Notes: generated by a model from the sequence alone, not told the origin. A stretch of 39,762 nt of DNA from Bacteroidaceae bacterium (GCA_963622385.1 CAVFIB010000003.1:1-39762), one strand, 5' to 3'; shown: positions 1 through 9,493, numbered from the stretch's first letter. Numbers and translations: made by a program.

Positions 1-101
1 CATACGTACAAGTGTACGATTTATTTTAACGTCTTCATTGACGATTTTTGTCGTGAGATAATTTTAAGTTTTTATTTTCAACCTTACTCCTTGTTTTTAT
101 T

Positions 102-1316
102 TTAATATTTATATTTATCAAGTTTATCTTTAACTTGTTTTAATGCTGTTTCATATTTTGATGTTTCTTTTGGTATATAATATTTTTCATTTTTTATTTT
201 GTCTGGGAGATATTGTTGTTTAACAATGGATCCTTTGTAATTGTGTGGATATTTATATCCAATATAAGGACTTTTTAAGTGTTTTGGAATGTCTCCGATA
301 TTTTTTGTTTCTATATCGTTTATTGCTTTTGCTATTGCTAGATATGCTGTATTACTTTTTGGAGATAAGGCCATTTCTATAACTATATTTGATAAAATGA
401 TTCTGGCTTCTGGAAGTCCAACTCTTTCACTAGCAGAAATAGCACTAGCAAGTTTAGGACCAAGACTAGGATTTGCAAGTCCTATATCCTCATAGCAAAT
501 GACAGAGAGTCTTCTATAAGTACTATCTAAATCTTCTGCTAAAAGAAGTCTTGCTAAATAATGAAGAGAGGCATCTACATCTGATCCCCTTATTGATTTT
601 TGAAGACCGCTTAATACGTCATAATGACCATCTTCATTTTTATCATGAAAAAAATTCGGTTTATTACATATGTTTTTTATGGTGTCTATATCTATTTTAT
701 GTTTATCATCAAAATAATACGCAACTTCTAAAAGATTGAGTGCAAATCTTAAGTCACCACCTGATATGGTTGAAATATAATTTAATGCTTCTTCAGTAAT
801 ATCGATATTTTTAAGTTCATCACATTGAATAGCCTTCTTAAGACCCTTTAAAATATCAATGTTTGTTAAAGGTTCTAGTTTAAATATTTGACATCTACTT
901 CTTATGGCAGGATTTATTTTATGATATGGATTAGATGTGGTCATTCCAATAAGTGTAATTAGACCACTTTCTAAACAAGGAAGCAAAATATCTTGTTTGT
1001 CTTTATTCATACGATGTATTTCATCCATTACTAGAACCATTCCATCTAACATTTTAGCTTCTTCAATTACTCCTGATAAGTCTTGCTTATTATTTAAGGT
1101 TGCATTTAAAAATCTGTAATGACATCCTAAATCATTAACTATTGCATTTGCAAGTGAAGTTTTTCCGGTTCCAGGATTTCCATATAAAATCATTGAAAAT
1201 ATCTTTTTGTTTTTAATCATGTTAGTAATTATTTTATTATCTCCGATTAAATGAGTTTGACCTACTATATCATTTAATGTTTTTGGTTTTAATATAAGTG
1301 CAAGTGGTTTTTCCAT
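102..1316 (-). CDS. rarA: Replication-associated recombination protein A (RarA/MgsA family AAA+ ATPase)
   Basis: Walker A is GNPGTGKTS and Walker B is VLVMDEIHR. The C-terminal MgsA-type helical domain is present (LHYLARLL, YEDIGLANP). I moved the start from 1370 to the ATG at 1316 (MEKPLAL...) because AGGAGA lies about 8 nt upstream and the 18 extra codons are hydrophobic filler. Confidence 0.9.
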   Translation of the reverse strand: MEKPLALILKPKTLNDIVGQTHLIGDNKIITNMIKNKKIFSMILYGNPGTGKTSLANAIVNDLGCHYRFLNATLNNKQDLSGVIEEAKMLDGMVLVMDEIHRMNKDKQDILLPCLESGLITLIGMTTSNPYHKINPAIRSRCQIFKLEPLTNIDILKGLKKAIQCDELKNIDITEEALNYISTISGGDLRFALNLLEVAYYFDDKHKIDIDTIKNICNKPNFFHDKNEDGHYDVLSGLQKSIRGSDVDASLHYLARLLLAEDLDSTYRRLSVICYEDIGLANPSLGPKLASAISASERVGLPEARIILSNIVIEMALSPKSNTAYLAIAKAINDIETKNIGDIPKHLKSPYIGYKYPHNYKGSIVKQQYLPDKIKNEKYYIPKETSKYETALKQVKDKLDKYKY

Positions 1317-1481
1317 ATACATCTCTCCTAAAAAATATTTTATCAAAAAATAGAGAAAAATGAAAGTCAACCAGAACTTATTTGAAACATAATATCTAAA
1401 ATAAAAAGAAATAAAAATAATTTATAGTCAAACTATTTATATTTATTTATATTTTTGATATAATTATTGTGAGGTAGAATT

Positions 1482-2363
1482 ATGGAGATAACTGATTATT
1501 TAGATTATATTAAATATGAAAGAAAACTATCACCTGAAACTGTTAAGAATTATAAGTATGATTTACTTAAGTTTTCTAGATTTTTAAAGGAAAAAAATAT
1601 TGATAGTTTTGTAGAAGTTTCGCAAAATGATATTGAGGAATATTTGATTTTTTTAAATAAAATGAATCCTAAGTCTATTTCTAGGAACATAACCTCTATT
1701 AATAATTTATTTATTTTTCTTTTAAGGGAAGGTAAAATAAATAAGAATCCATGTGAATTTATAGATAGACCTAAAATTATGAAGAGTTTACCAAGTACTT
1801 TAAGTGTAAATGAAGTTTCTAATCTTTTAGATATTCCGTTAAATAACAAATATGATTATAGAAACAAGGCTATGCTTGAATTAATGTATGGATGTGGTCT
1901 TAGAGTTTCAGAACTTGTATCACTTACTACAAGAGATATAGATATGGAAAATGATATTATTCGGTGTATTGGTAAAGGTTCAAAAGAGAGAATTGTTCCA
2001 ATAAATGATTATGCTAAGCATTATTTAAAATTGTATTTAGATAAGCGAGAACTGTTTTTAATAAAAGGAATAAATAATTATTTATTTTTAAATAATCATG
2101 GTAGTCAGATGACAAGACAAGGTTTTTTTAAAAATTTGAAAAAGATTTTGTTTGAAAAAGGGATAGATAAAAATGTTACTCCTCATACTTTGAGGCATTC
2201 TTTTGCAACACATATGTTAAGTGGAGGAGCGGATTTAAGGAGTATACAACTGCTTTTAGGTCATAGTGATATTAGTACTACTAAAATATATACACATATT
2301 AGTAGGGAAAAAATAAAAAAAGATTATATGGATTATCATCCGCATAGTAAGAAGGAGAAATGA
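1482..2363 (+). CDS. xerD: Tyrosine site-specific recombinase XerD (chromosome dimer resolution)
   Basis: It has an N-terminal core-binding domain. The catalytic signature is GLRVSE...HTLRHSFATH...LLGHSDISTTKIYTH (Arg, His-x-x-Arg, His, Tyr). GAGGT is an upstream RBS. The gene sits next to deoB and near spoIIM, like B. subtilis ripX/xerD. Confidence 0.85.
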   Translation: MEITDYLDYIKYERKLSPETVKNYKYDLLKFSRFLKEKNIDSFVEVSQNDIEEYLIFLNKMNPKSISRNITSINNLFIFLLREGKINKNPCEFIDRPKIMKSLPSTLSVNEVSNLLDIPLNNKYDYRNKAMLELMYGCGLRVSELVSLTTRDIDMENDIIRCIGKGSKERIVPINDYAKHYLKLYLDKRELFLIKGINNYLFLNNHGSQMTRQGFFKNLKKILFEKGIDKNVTPHTLRHSFATHMLSGGADLRSIQLLLGHSDISTTKIYTHISREKIKKDYMDYHPHSKKEK

Positions 2364-2367
2364 TAAA

Positions 2368-3537
2368 ATGAAATTCAAAAGAGTATTTTTAATAGTTCTT
2401 GATTCACTTGGAGTAGGGGAAGCTATTGATGCATCAAATTATAATGATGAAGGAGCATGCACTCTTGGACATATTAATCAAGTGAATGAACTTTTTATTC
2501 CTAATTTGAAAAAGCTTGGTTTTTTAAATACAATAGATATGAGTGTAAACGATGAAACTGAAGGATATTATACGATAGCAAGGCCTACAAATAAAGGAAA
2601 GGATACATTATGTGGACACTATGAAATTATGGGTGTACGTTGTAGCTATGCATTTCCTACTTTTCCTAATGGTTTTCCTTCACAATTAATTAAAGAAATA
2701 GAAAGATTAACTGGAAGAAAAGTAATTGGTAATGTTAGTGCAAGTGGTACAGAAATTATAAAGGAATTAGGTGAAAGACAACTACAAACAGGAGAGCTTA
2801 TTATCTATACTTCTGGGGATTCTGTTTTACAAGTTGCAGCACATGAAAGTATTATTCCTCTTGAGGAACTTTATAAAATATGTGAAATTATAAGAAAAAT
2901 AACTAGTATGAAAGATGAATGGAGAGTAGGGAGAGTAATTGCTAGGCCTTTTAAAGGAAAAACAAAGGATGATTTTGTGAGAACGAGTAATCGTAAAGAT
3001 TTTTCAATGGATCCTCCTTCAAAATCTGTGTTAGAAAAATTAGAAGAGAAAAAACTTAGTGTTATTGGTATAGGAAAAATATATGATATCTTTAATGGAA
3101 AAGGGATTACAAAGAAGGTAAGAACTGCTAATAATAAAGATGGTGTTGATAAATTGCTTGATATTATGGATAAAAAGTTTACTGGAATATGTTTTGCCAA
3201 TCTAAATGATTTTGATACATTATACGGACATAGAAGAGATGTTGAGGGCTATGCAAGAGCAATTGAAGAACTTGATGTTGAAATACCAATGATATTAAAT
3301 AAATTGAATAATGATGATTTATTGATTATTACTGCAGATCATGGAAATGACCCTACATTTAGAGGAACAGATCATACTAGAGAGAATACTCCGGTGCTTA
3401 TTTATAGTAGGGTATTTAAAGAACCAAAAATGCTTCCAATTATGAATACTTTTGCAGATATAGGTGCAACAATTGCGGATAACTTTGAAGTTGATATGCC
3501 TATGATTGGAACTAGTTATTTGAAAAAATTAAAATGA
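2368..3537 (+). CDS. deoB: Phosphopentomutase
   Basis: The N-terminal metal-site motif is VFLIVLDSLGVGE. The C-terminal motif is ITADHGNDPT...GTDHTRE. The length (389 aa) is typical. AAGGAGA is an upstream RBS. Confidence 0.9.
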   Translation: MKFKRVFLIVLDSLGVGEAIDASNYNDEGACTLGHINQVNELFIPNLKKLGFLNTIDMSVNDETEGYYTIARPTNKGKDTLCGHYEIMGVRCSYAFPTFPNGFPSQLIKEIERLTGRKVIGNVSASGTEIIKELGERQLQTGELIIYTSGDSVLQVAAHESIIPLEELYKICEIIRKITSMKDEWRVGRVIARPFKGKTKDDFVRTSNRKDFSMDPPSKSVLEKLEEKKLSVIGIGKIYDIFNGKGITKKVRTANNKDGVDKLLDIMDKKFTGICFANLNDFDTLYGHRRDVEGYARAIEELDVEIPMILNKLNNDDLLIITADHGNDPTFRGTDHTRENTPVLIYSRVFKEPKMLPIMNTFADIGATIADNFEVDMPMIGTSYLKKLK

Positions 3538-3556
3538 TAAAGAAAGAAGGCGTTAT

Positions 3557-4078
3557 ATGAAAAAAGATAATAGTAAAAAAGTAAAACTAATTGTAATAAT
3601 AGGAATAGTATTAATTGCTGCTGCTATATTTTCGTTTATGGTAAAAAGTGACAATACTTATGTACTAAAAAGTGAATACAATATGGGGGAAGTAGGGTGC
3701 CTTGACGATATAGAGGTTACTCTAAAAGATGCAACTTATATAAATAAAGGAACTGGTATAGAAGTAACATTTAGAATAACTAATAAAAGAGATAATACCA
3801 TTACTATAACGCCAGATGATTATTTTGTTTTTTATGATATAAATAAAGTTCAAATTCCAAATAAATATTCAAATGACAAAAATATCATAAAAAAAGATGA
3901 AACAATAGATTATAAATTACAATATGATGTAACAAAAAAAGAACTGTATGAAATTTATTTTTATTCTCAAGTTGTGGAAAATAATATTAAATTCAGTTTT
4001 AAATCAAGTAATATAAATAATAATGAATTATCAGATGAAACGATTGATAAAGAAGAAAAAGCTATGAATCAAGAGTAA
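3557..4078 (+). CDS. Membrane-anchored hypothetical protein, DUF4352-like beta-sandwich ectodomain
   Basis: A basic N-terminus is followed by one TM helix (LIVIIGIVLIAAAIFSFMV). The ectodomain has the pattern VTLKDATYINKGTGIEVTFRITNKRDNTITITPDDYFVFYD, which resembles DUF4352 anchored proteins. The function is unknown. Confidence 0.6.
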   Translation: MKKDNSKKVKLIVIIGIVLIAAAIFSFMVKSDNTYVLKSEYNMGEVGCLDDIEVTLKDATYINKGTGIEVTFRITNKRDNTITITPDDYFVFYDINKVQIPNKYSNDKNIIKKDETIDYKLQYDVTKKELYEIYFYSQVVENNIKFSFKSSNINNNELSDETIDKEEKAMNQE

Positions 4079-4108
4079 GCGAGATAATGTTTGCTTTTGA
4101 TTTTTTTT
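4077..4108 (+). terminator. Weak rho-independent terminator after the 3557..4078 gene
   Basis: The stem is AAGCGAG / TTTGCTT (7 bp, two G-U pairs). It overlaps the stop codon and is followed by TTGATTTTTTTT. Confidence 0.45.
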
Positions 4109-4575
4109 GTGTAATCGCAAGATCAGAATTAGATGTTGGCTTTTTTATGAATTTTATGTATATTCTAATCAGAGGTACAAAGATCAGGAAATCACACAGG
4201 TTAACATAATATCAATTATAGGAAGTGAAGTGTAGTGAGAAATATTTTGTGTAATATTGGTTGAATTGGGTTGAATATTGTTCTTAGGTTATATTATTTT
4301 TAATTATTTTATTAACAGATTATGTGTATGTAATAAATTACATTGTAATAAGTTGCTTAAAAATAAAGAATTTTGATATTAATTAATGGGTCTAAAATTT
4401 TGGTTTTTGTGAATTAACTTGAATTAATTTAAGTTAATTATATTACTTTTTTAGTGTCTTGAATTGATTTGAGATATATAATTTATTACTTTTGTTGTCT
4501 CGATTTAAAATATAAGCCTAATTTTTTATTTAGAACTCCCTTTTTATGTAAATTAATAAATAGGGGGCTTTGATG

Positions 4576-4608
4576 AAAAAAATCTTATAGACTATATCAT
4601 CTATAAGA
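4576..4608 (-). terminator. Rho-independent terminator of the HTH gene
   Basis: On the minus strand, directly after the stop codon, a perfect 9-bp stem TCTTATAGA/TCTATAAGA with an 8-nt loop is followed by T7. Confidence 0.75.
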
Positions 4609-5376
4609 TTACATTTTACGAGACATGATTTCTGCTATTTTTTCAAAAACTTCTTTAGCATTATTTTCACTAACACAACTGTATCCTAATTCTTTTAAAG
4701 CTTGTTGTTTAAAATGAGTTAGTTCTTGTGTTCTGCTTAATTTATCTTCTTTTTTTTGTTCTATACGTTTTTCCCATTTTTTGTGAGATTCTGAAACTTT
4801 TGAACGTGATGCATTTCCGGTTATAAATAGTGTTTCTGCAGAATAGTAAATTCCTTCATAGATGTATTGTTTATCTTCATCATATATGTATTCAGAAACT
4901 GGTATTTGGGTGGTTGATTTAGCCATATACGCCAAGAAGTATTTAAGTTCTTCGATTTGTTCCATATTTTGTAAAAACATAAGTAGATATCTTAGAGTAT
5001 GATATGATATTTCATCTTCATCATTTAATAATTTATCTTTTAATAATGTTATAATATCTGCTAAAACCGCTTGTTCTTTCTTATTTAGTCCTCTTAAATC
5101 AGATATAGATACCCTATTGGTTGAATCTATTATTCCGTCGTTTATACGTGATTCTAATAATTCTATATATGTATCGTTTACTTTTATATTTTTTAAGTCC
5201 CCTTCTCTATCCACTCCGAAAAGCATTAGTAGCTTTGTTTGTTTATCTTTTGGCAAATCTTCTATTTTTTCTAGTGCTAAGTAATTATATAACATTTGTC
5301 TAGAAACTCCTAAAAATTTTGCTATACTTACTTTTGATATATTAGCTTCATTTATAATTCTACTAGCTTCTTTCAT
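4609..5376 (-). CDS. Helix-turn-helix domain protein of unknown function
   Basis: The N-terminal HTH is ISKVSIAKFLGVSRQMLYNYL. The remaining roughly 200 aa match nothing I recognise. I set the start at the ATG at 5376 (MKEASR...) because AGGAGATGG lies 7 nt upstream. The longer ORF (to 5463) would overlap mnmA. Confidence 0.6.
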   Translation of the reverse strand: MKEASRIINEANISKVSIAKFLGVSRQMLYNYLALEKIEDLPKDKQTKLLMLFGVDREGDLKNIKVNDTYIELLESRINDGIIDSTNRVSISDLRGLNKKEQAVLADIITLLKDKLLNDEDEISYHTLRYLLMFLQNMEQIEELKYFLAYMAKSTTQIPVSEYIYDEDKQYIYEGIYYSAETLFITGNASRSKVSESHKKWEKRIEQKKEDKLSRTQELTHFKQQALKELGYSCVSENNAKEVFEKIAEIMSRKM

Positions 5377-5447
5377 GTTATAACCATCTCCTACTATAAT
5401 TGTATCATAAGTGTCAAGAATGTCAAGTGTAAACCATGTAAAGTTAC

Positions 5448-6554
5448 TTAAAGTAAATACCAAAGTTTTTTATTATCTTTTCTGACTTCTTTGATTATTC
5501 CACTTCCTATACATCTGTCTTCTAAATATAGGGCACATACTTGTCCTGGTGTAACGCTTTTTACTTCATTATACTTAACAAGAATTTCATCATTATTTAA
5601 ATATTCTAAGGTAACAGGAACGTCTTTGCTACGGTATCTAAATTTTGCATTACAATTTTTAATTTTATCTTTTGTATTAAGAACTAAATTGTCTATTATG
5701 CAACTGTCAGAATATAAATATTTGTTATTTTCTCCTTCACAAACATACAATATATTTTTATCTAAATTTTTTCCTACAACAAATAATTTATCTTTTGTAC
5801 CACCGATATTCAATCCTTTTCTTTGACCAATTGTATAGTGCATTAAACCAATATGATTTCCTATTTCTTTGTTAGTTTCAATATTTATTATTTTTCCTTC
5901 TTTATTAGGTAAATAGTTTGATAAGAATTTTTTAAAGTTCCTTTCTCCAATAAAACATATACCTGTGGAATCCTTTTTGTCTTTTGTTATTAAATCATAT
6001 TTTTTAGCAATTTCTCTTACTTCAGTTTTTTTTAAATCTCCAATAGGAAATAAGACATTTTCTAATTGTTTATTAGTAAGCTGTGCTAAAAAATAAGTTT
6101 GATCTTTATTGTCGTCTGTAGCTTTATATAAATTTCCATTTTTCATTTTTGCATAATGTCCAGTTGCAATATAATCTGCACTATATTTTTGGGCTTCTTT
6201 TATGAATAAATCAAATTTTATATATTTATTGCACATTACATCTGGATTGGGAGTTCTTCCTTTTTTTAATTCGTCTAAAAAGTATGTAAAAACGTAATCC
6301 CAGTATTCTTTTACAAAATCAACTCTATGTAATTTAACTCCTAGCTTATCACAAACCTTTTTAGCGTCATTGTAATCTTGTTCTTGTGTACAAATATCGT
6401 TTTCTAATGTAGGATTACCTTTAATATCATTATTTACTAAGCTATCCCAGTTTCTCATAAATATTCCTTCGACTTCGTATCCTTGATTTTTTAAAATTAT
6501 GAGTGCTACAGAAGAATCAACGCCTCCAGAAACTCCGACTATTACTTTTTTCAT
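5448..6554 (-). CDS. mnmA: tRNA-specific 2-thiouridylase (tRNA 5-methylaminomethyl-2-thiouridine synthesis)
   Basis: The PP-loop is VGVSGGVDSSVA. Conserved motifs include CNKYIKF, ATGHYA, KDQTYFL, DSTGICFIG and QRKGL. The length is 368 aa. Confidence 0.92.
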   Translation of the reverse strand: MKKVIVGVSGGVDSSVALIILKNQGYEVEGIFMRNWDSLVNNDIKGNPTLENDICTQEQDYNDAKKVCDKLGVKLHRVDFVKEYWDYVFTYFLDELKKGRTPNPDVMCNKYIKFDLFIKEAQKYSADYIATGHYAKMKNGNLYKATDDNKDQTYFLAQLTNKQLENVLFPIGDLKKTEVREIAKKYDLITKDKKDSTGICFIGERNFKKFLSNYLPNKEGKIINIETNKEIGNHIGLMHYTIGQRKGLNIGGTKDKLFVVGKNLDKNILYVCEGENNKYLYSDSCIIDNLVLNTKDKIKNCNAKFRYRSKDVPVTLEYLNNDEILVKYNEVKSVTPGQVCALYLEDRCIGSGIIKEVRKDNKKLWYLL

Positions 6555-6590
6555 ATTACCACCAACTTCGGTTTATATTATATCATAAAG

Positions 6591-7229
6591 TTAACATCTT
6601 GTAAAAAGTTTAATCAGCATAGGATCGATAAATACTTTTGCTAAGGATATTACTATTACAAAAATAAAAGCAATAATTAAAATTTTCATATATTTTTCTA
6701 TTTCTTTTTTGATATTTATTTCTTGTTTAGAGAAACAAACAAGTATTATTTTATAAGATATTTTAATTGCTAAGAATGTTAAAATAAATAGCATAATTAA
6801 GTAACAAGCTTTTGATAAAAATAAATAACATATACTAGCGATTATTCCTTTTATACTATAAATATTAAAGATACTAGCGAGTGCTACTCCTATACTGAAA
6901 ATTTCACAAAAATAAATGAAAATACATGCAAAAACTCCTATTACACTTATTCCTAATATCCATATTAAAAATACGTTATAGGTATTACTTAAAATATTGG
7001 TTTTGATTTCATTTAAATAGTTTATATTGGTTTTTATAGTAAAATAATTATTTATAGAAGAATTAACAGTTTCTTTATCGGCTGATGACATGAGAAAATA
7101 AAAGATAATTCCTATTATTAAAGTAATAATAGAAAATGATAGAATAAATAAGAATAGATTTTTTGATGTGAGTTTTATTTTATTAAATTTTAGTTTTTTG
7201 AAACTTTTATTTTTTAAATTCATTTTCAT
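6591..7229 (-). CDS. spoIIM: Stage II sporulation protein M
   Basis: It is a 212-aa polytopic membrane protein. The segment NVFLIWILGISVIGVFACIFIYF resembles the conserved WILGISIIG core of B. subtilis SpoIIM. Length and topology agree. Confidence 0.7.
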   Translation of the reverse strand: MKMNLKNKSFKKLKFNKIKLTSKNLFLFILSFSIITLIIGIIFYFLMSSADKETVNSSINNYFTIKTNINYLNEIKTNILSNTYNVFLIWILGISVIGVFACIFIYFCEIFSIGVALASIFNIYSIKGIIASICYLFLSKACYLIMLFILTFLAIKISYKIILVCFSKQEINIKKEIEKYMKILIIAFIFVIVISLAKVFIDPMLIKLFTRC

Positions 7230-7302
7230 AGTATCACCACTAAATTATATTTGCTTTTAAGTATAAATACTATCATTTTAATACTACAATTTTCTAGTAA
7301 TA

Positions 7303-7331
7303 TTGACTAGTTTTTCTCTATTTGATATAAT
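7303..7331 (+). promoter_or_regulatory. Near-consensus sigma-A promoter
   Basis: The -35 is TTGACT (7303-7308), the spacer is 17 nt, and the -10 is TATAAT (7326-7331) with an extended TG (TGATATAAT). It lies 11 nt upstream of a GGAGGG RBS. Confidence 0.7.
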
Positions 7332-7353
7332 TAACTCATCTGGAGGGATAGAT

Positions 7354-7449
7354 GTGAATAAAAAATTTCAAAAAATAGTTATATTTATTATGCTATTTGG
7401 ACTTCTTGGTTCATCTTTAGCAGTTTCTATATTATATTTACTTGGATAA
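7354..7449 (+). CDS. Small hydrophobic membrane peptide (31 aa, GTG start), absent from the ORF track
   Basis: A GGAGGG RBS lies 6 nt upstream of the GTG. The product is (M)NKKFQKIVIFIMLFGLLGSSLAVSILYLLG, one TM helix after a basic N-terminus. It lies directly downstream of the consensus promoter and 44 nt upstream of the UPF0316 gene. Confidence 0.5.
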   Translation: MNKKFQKIVIFIMLFGLLGSSLAVSILYLLG

Positions 7450-7493
7450 TTATTATTTTAAAAAAATATGTTCATACTAATTATGGTGATTGT

Positions 7494-8015
7494 ATGAACA
7501 TTTTATTTTTATGTATTAAGATTTTTTTTACTAGAATTATTGATGTTACTTTGGGAACTCTTAGGACTATTATTACTATTAAGGATAAGGATCTGTTGGC
7601 GAGTGTTATAGGTTTTTTTGAAGTGCTTGTTTGGTTTTTTGTTGCAAAAGAGGCACTTGATTCATCATCTGGTGGTGTTCTTATTGGTATTTGTTATGCC
7701 TTAGGTTTTGCATGTGGCACATATATTGGAGGTATACTTTCTAAGAAAATATTAAAAGGAAATTTAACTGTTCAGGTAATTACTACTAAAGCTACTCCGT
7801 TATGGCTTTCAACGTTAAGAGAAGCTGGTTTTGCTGTCTCAGTAATGGATATAAATCAAAGGAAAGATAAACCTGATAAATATATGTTTTTTATAGAGAT
7901 AAATAAGAATGACTTTAATAAGTTATATAGAATTATTAAAAAGTTTGATAAAGAAGCATTTATAGTGGTAAATGAAAGTAAAACTGTTATAAATGGATAT
8001 TTTCAAGGTAAATAG
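7494..8015 (+). CDS. UPF0316 family membrane protein (DUF2179-containing)
   Basis: The N-terminal motif RIIDVTLGTLRTIITIKDK and three TM helices are followed by a soluble C-terminal domain. This matches the Firmicute UPF0316 family as I recall it. Confidence 0.7.
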   Translation: MNILFLCIKIFFTRIIDVTLGTLRTIITIKDKDLLASVIGFFEVLVWFFVAKEALDSSSGGVLIGICYALGFACGTYIGGILSKKILKGNLTVQVITTKATPLWLSTLREAGFAVSVMDINQRKDKPDKYMFFIEINKNDFNKLYRIIKKFDKEAFIVVNESKTVINGYFQGK

Positions 8016-8080
8016 AAATAGCATTTGATAAAAGAGGTACAATTAAATATAAAAAGAGAGAGGTTATTTTTTGTTTTTAA

Positions 8081-9493
8081 CTACTCTACTCTTTTTTTCT
8101 TTTTGCTAATAATTTTACATTTGAAATAAAAACATGTTCCTTTGTTGGGAGAGGAATCTATTCCATATTTAAATTTGTGGTCTTCTAGTATTTCTTTTAC
8201 TATTGAAAGCCCTAATCCTGTTCCTACGACTGTTCTTCTATGTCTTTTGTTGATTCTAAAATACTTATTCCATACTAGTTTTTTATCTTCATCAGAGATT
8301 CCTTTTCCTGTATCTATGATATTTATTCTAAGTATTTTGTTGTTTTCTTCTTGAAATGTAATTTTTATTTTTTTATCTTCACCAGTATAATTTATTGCAT
8401 TATTTATAAGATTATATATAACTCTTTCTATGGATTTTCTGTCTGCGAATATGACATAGTTTTCTGTTTCATTGAATTCAAAAATATAACCATCATTTTT
8501 ATAAATTGCAAATCTTTCAAGTATTGTCTCTATTTCTTCTTTAATATTTATATTTTCGAGTTTTAATTCTTGTTTATTGTTTTCGAGTTTGGAAAGAAGC
8601 AATATATCGTTTACTAGCATATTAAGGCGTTCTGCTTCATCTATAATGATATTGAGATCTCTTTCTCTTTTTTCTTTGTTGTTATAGTTTAAATCTCTAG
8701 CAGATGCTGCATAAGCTTCGATCATTGTAAGTGGGGTTTTTAAATCGTGACTTACATTTGCTAAGAATTCTTTTCTAAGCTCTTCTGTTTTGCTAAGTTC
8801 TTTTGCGGCATCATTAAGTGTATTAGCAAGTTCTTTTAATTCTAGTACTTCTGTTTCACATAAAAATTTTACGTTTGCATTTTTATTTGCTAGTTTTTTT
8901 GCTTCGTTGTTTATTTTTACTATTGGATCTGCTATTCTTCTTGAGAAATAATAAGATATTATAAAAGATAAAAATAGTAGTATAAATGTTACATACAGGA
9001 ATTGTCCTTTTAAAAGGCTTATACTTTTATCCATGGGTTCAAGAGAGGAATTGGCAAAAACATAAATATCATTATCTAGTTTTTTTCCATAGACAAGTGA
9101 TTTGTTATTGTATCTGGTGTTTATAAATTCAACTTTTAAATATTTTTTATTACCATTAATGAAGTTGTTTGTTATTACTGATAAAGCTCTGTTATCTTTG
9201 CCTGCACAATGTTTATAATTGTCAGAATAAAAAACTAGTTTATCTTTGCTTATTATTTGGATACATACTTCGTTATCTAAAGATAATTCATTGAAAATTT
9301 CGGTTTTATCTTCGCTTTGAATATTGTTTTCGATAGAGGATACTGTTTGTTCTAAATTTTTTGTTTGACTTATCTTATAATAGGTATTGAAAAATATTAT
9401 TTGAAAGAAATATAAAAAACCTAGCATAATAGAAGAAAATATTAGGAAATATATGAATAAATTAGCACGTAGGCTTCTAGTCTTTAATTTCAA
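8081..9493 (-). CDS. Sensor histidine kinase (two TM helices, extracytoplasmic loop, HAMP, HisKA, HATPase_c)
   Basis: The H-box is SHDLKTPLT, the N-box is NLINNAINYT, and the G-boxes are DTGKGI and GTGLGLSIV. It overlaps the upstream response regulator gene by 17 nt. Confidence 0.9.
   Translation of the reverse strand: MKLKTRSLRANLFIYFLIFSSIMLGFLYFFQIIFFNTYYKISQTKNLEQTVSSIENNIQSEDKTEIFNELSLDNEVCIQIISKDKLVFYSDNYKHCAGKDNRALSVITNNFINGNKKYLKVEFINTRYNNKSLVYGKKLDNDIYVFANSSLEPMDKSISLLKGQFLYVTFILLFLSFIISYYFSRRIADPIVKINNEAKKLANKNANVKFLCETEVLELKELANTLNDAAKELSKTEELRKEFLANVSHDLKTPLTMIEAYAASARDLNYNNKEKRERDLNIIIDEAERLNMLVNDILLLSKLENNKQELKLENINIKEEIETILERFAIYKNDGYIFEFNETENYVIFADRKSIERVIYNLINNAINYTGEDKKIKITFQEENNKILRINIIDTGKGISDEDKKLVWNKYFRINKRHRRTVVGTGLGLSIVKEILEDHKFKYGIDSSPNKGTCFYFKCKIISKKKKRVE

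Noticed and set aside
1-60. There is a cluster of short palindromes at the window start: CGTACA-AG-TGTACG (5-18), CGTC-TTCATT-GACG and ACGA-TTTTTG-TCGT.
   Set aside because: The stems are only 4-6 bp. On the rarA strand there is no adjoining U-tract, and the context is cut off by the window edge. I cannot tell an operator or terminator from chance.
1482-2363. The tyrosine recombinase could mark a prophage, an integrative element or a shufflon.
   Set aside because: It has the XerD-type length and motifs and sits in the conserved xerD-deoB housekeeping context. There are no flanking phage or mobile genes, and no att-like repeats or tRNA.
4250-4520. The repeat-rich AT-rich DNA could be a degenerate CRISPR array.
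   Set aside because: The repeats are short, imperfect and irregularly spaced. There is no repeat-spacer periodicity, and no cas genes are present in the window.
4573-4590. A mini-ORF MKKIL lies after an AGGGGG RBS-like sequence on the plus strand.
   Set aside because: It lies inside the terminator hairpin and A-tract of the convergent HTH gene. The purine-rich sequence is the arm of a hairpin, so chance is the most likely explanation.
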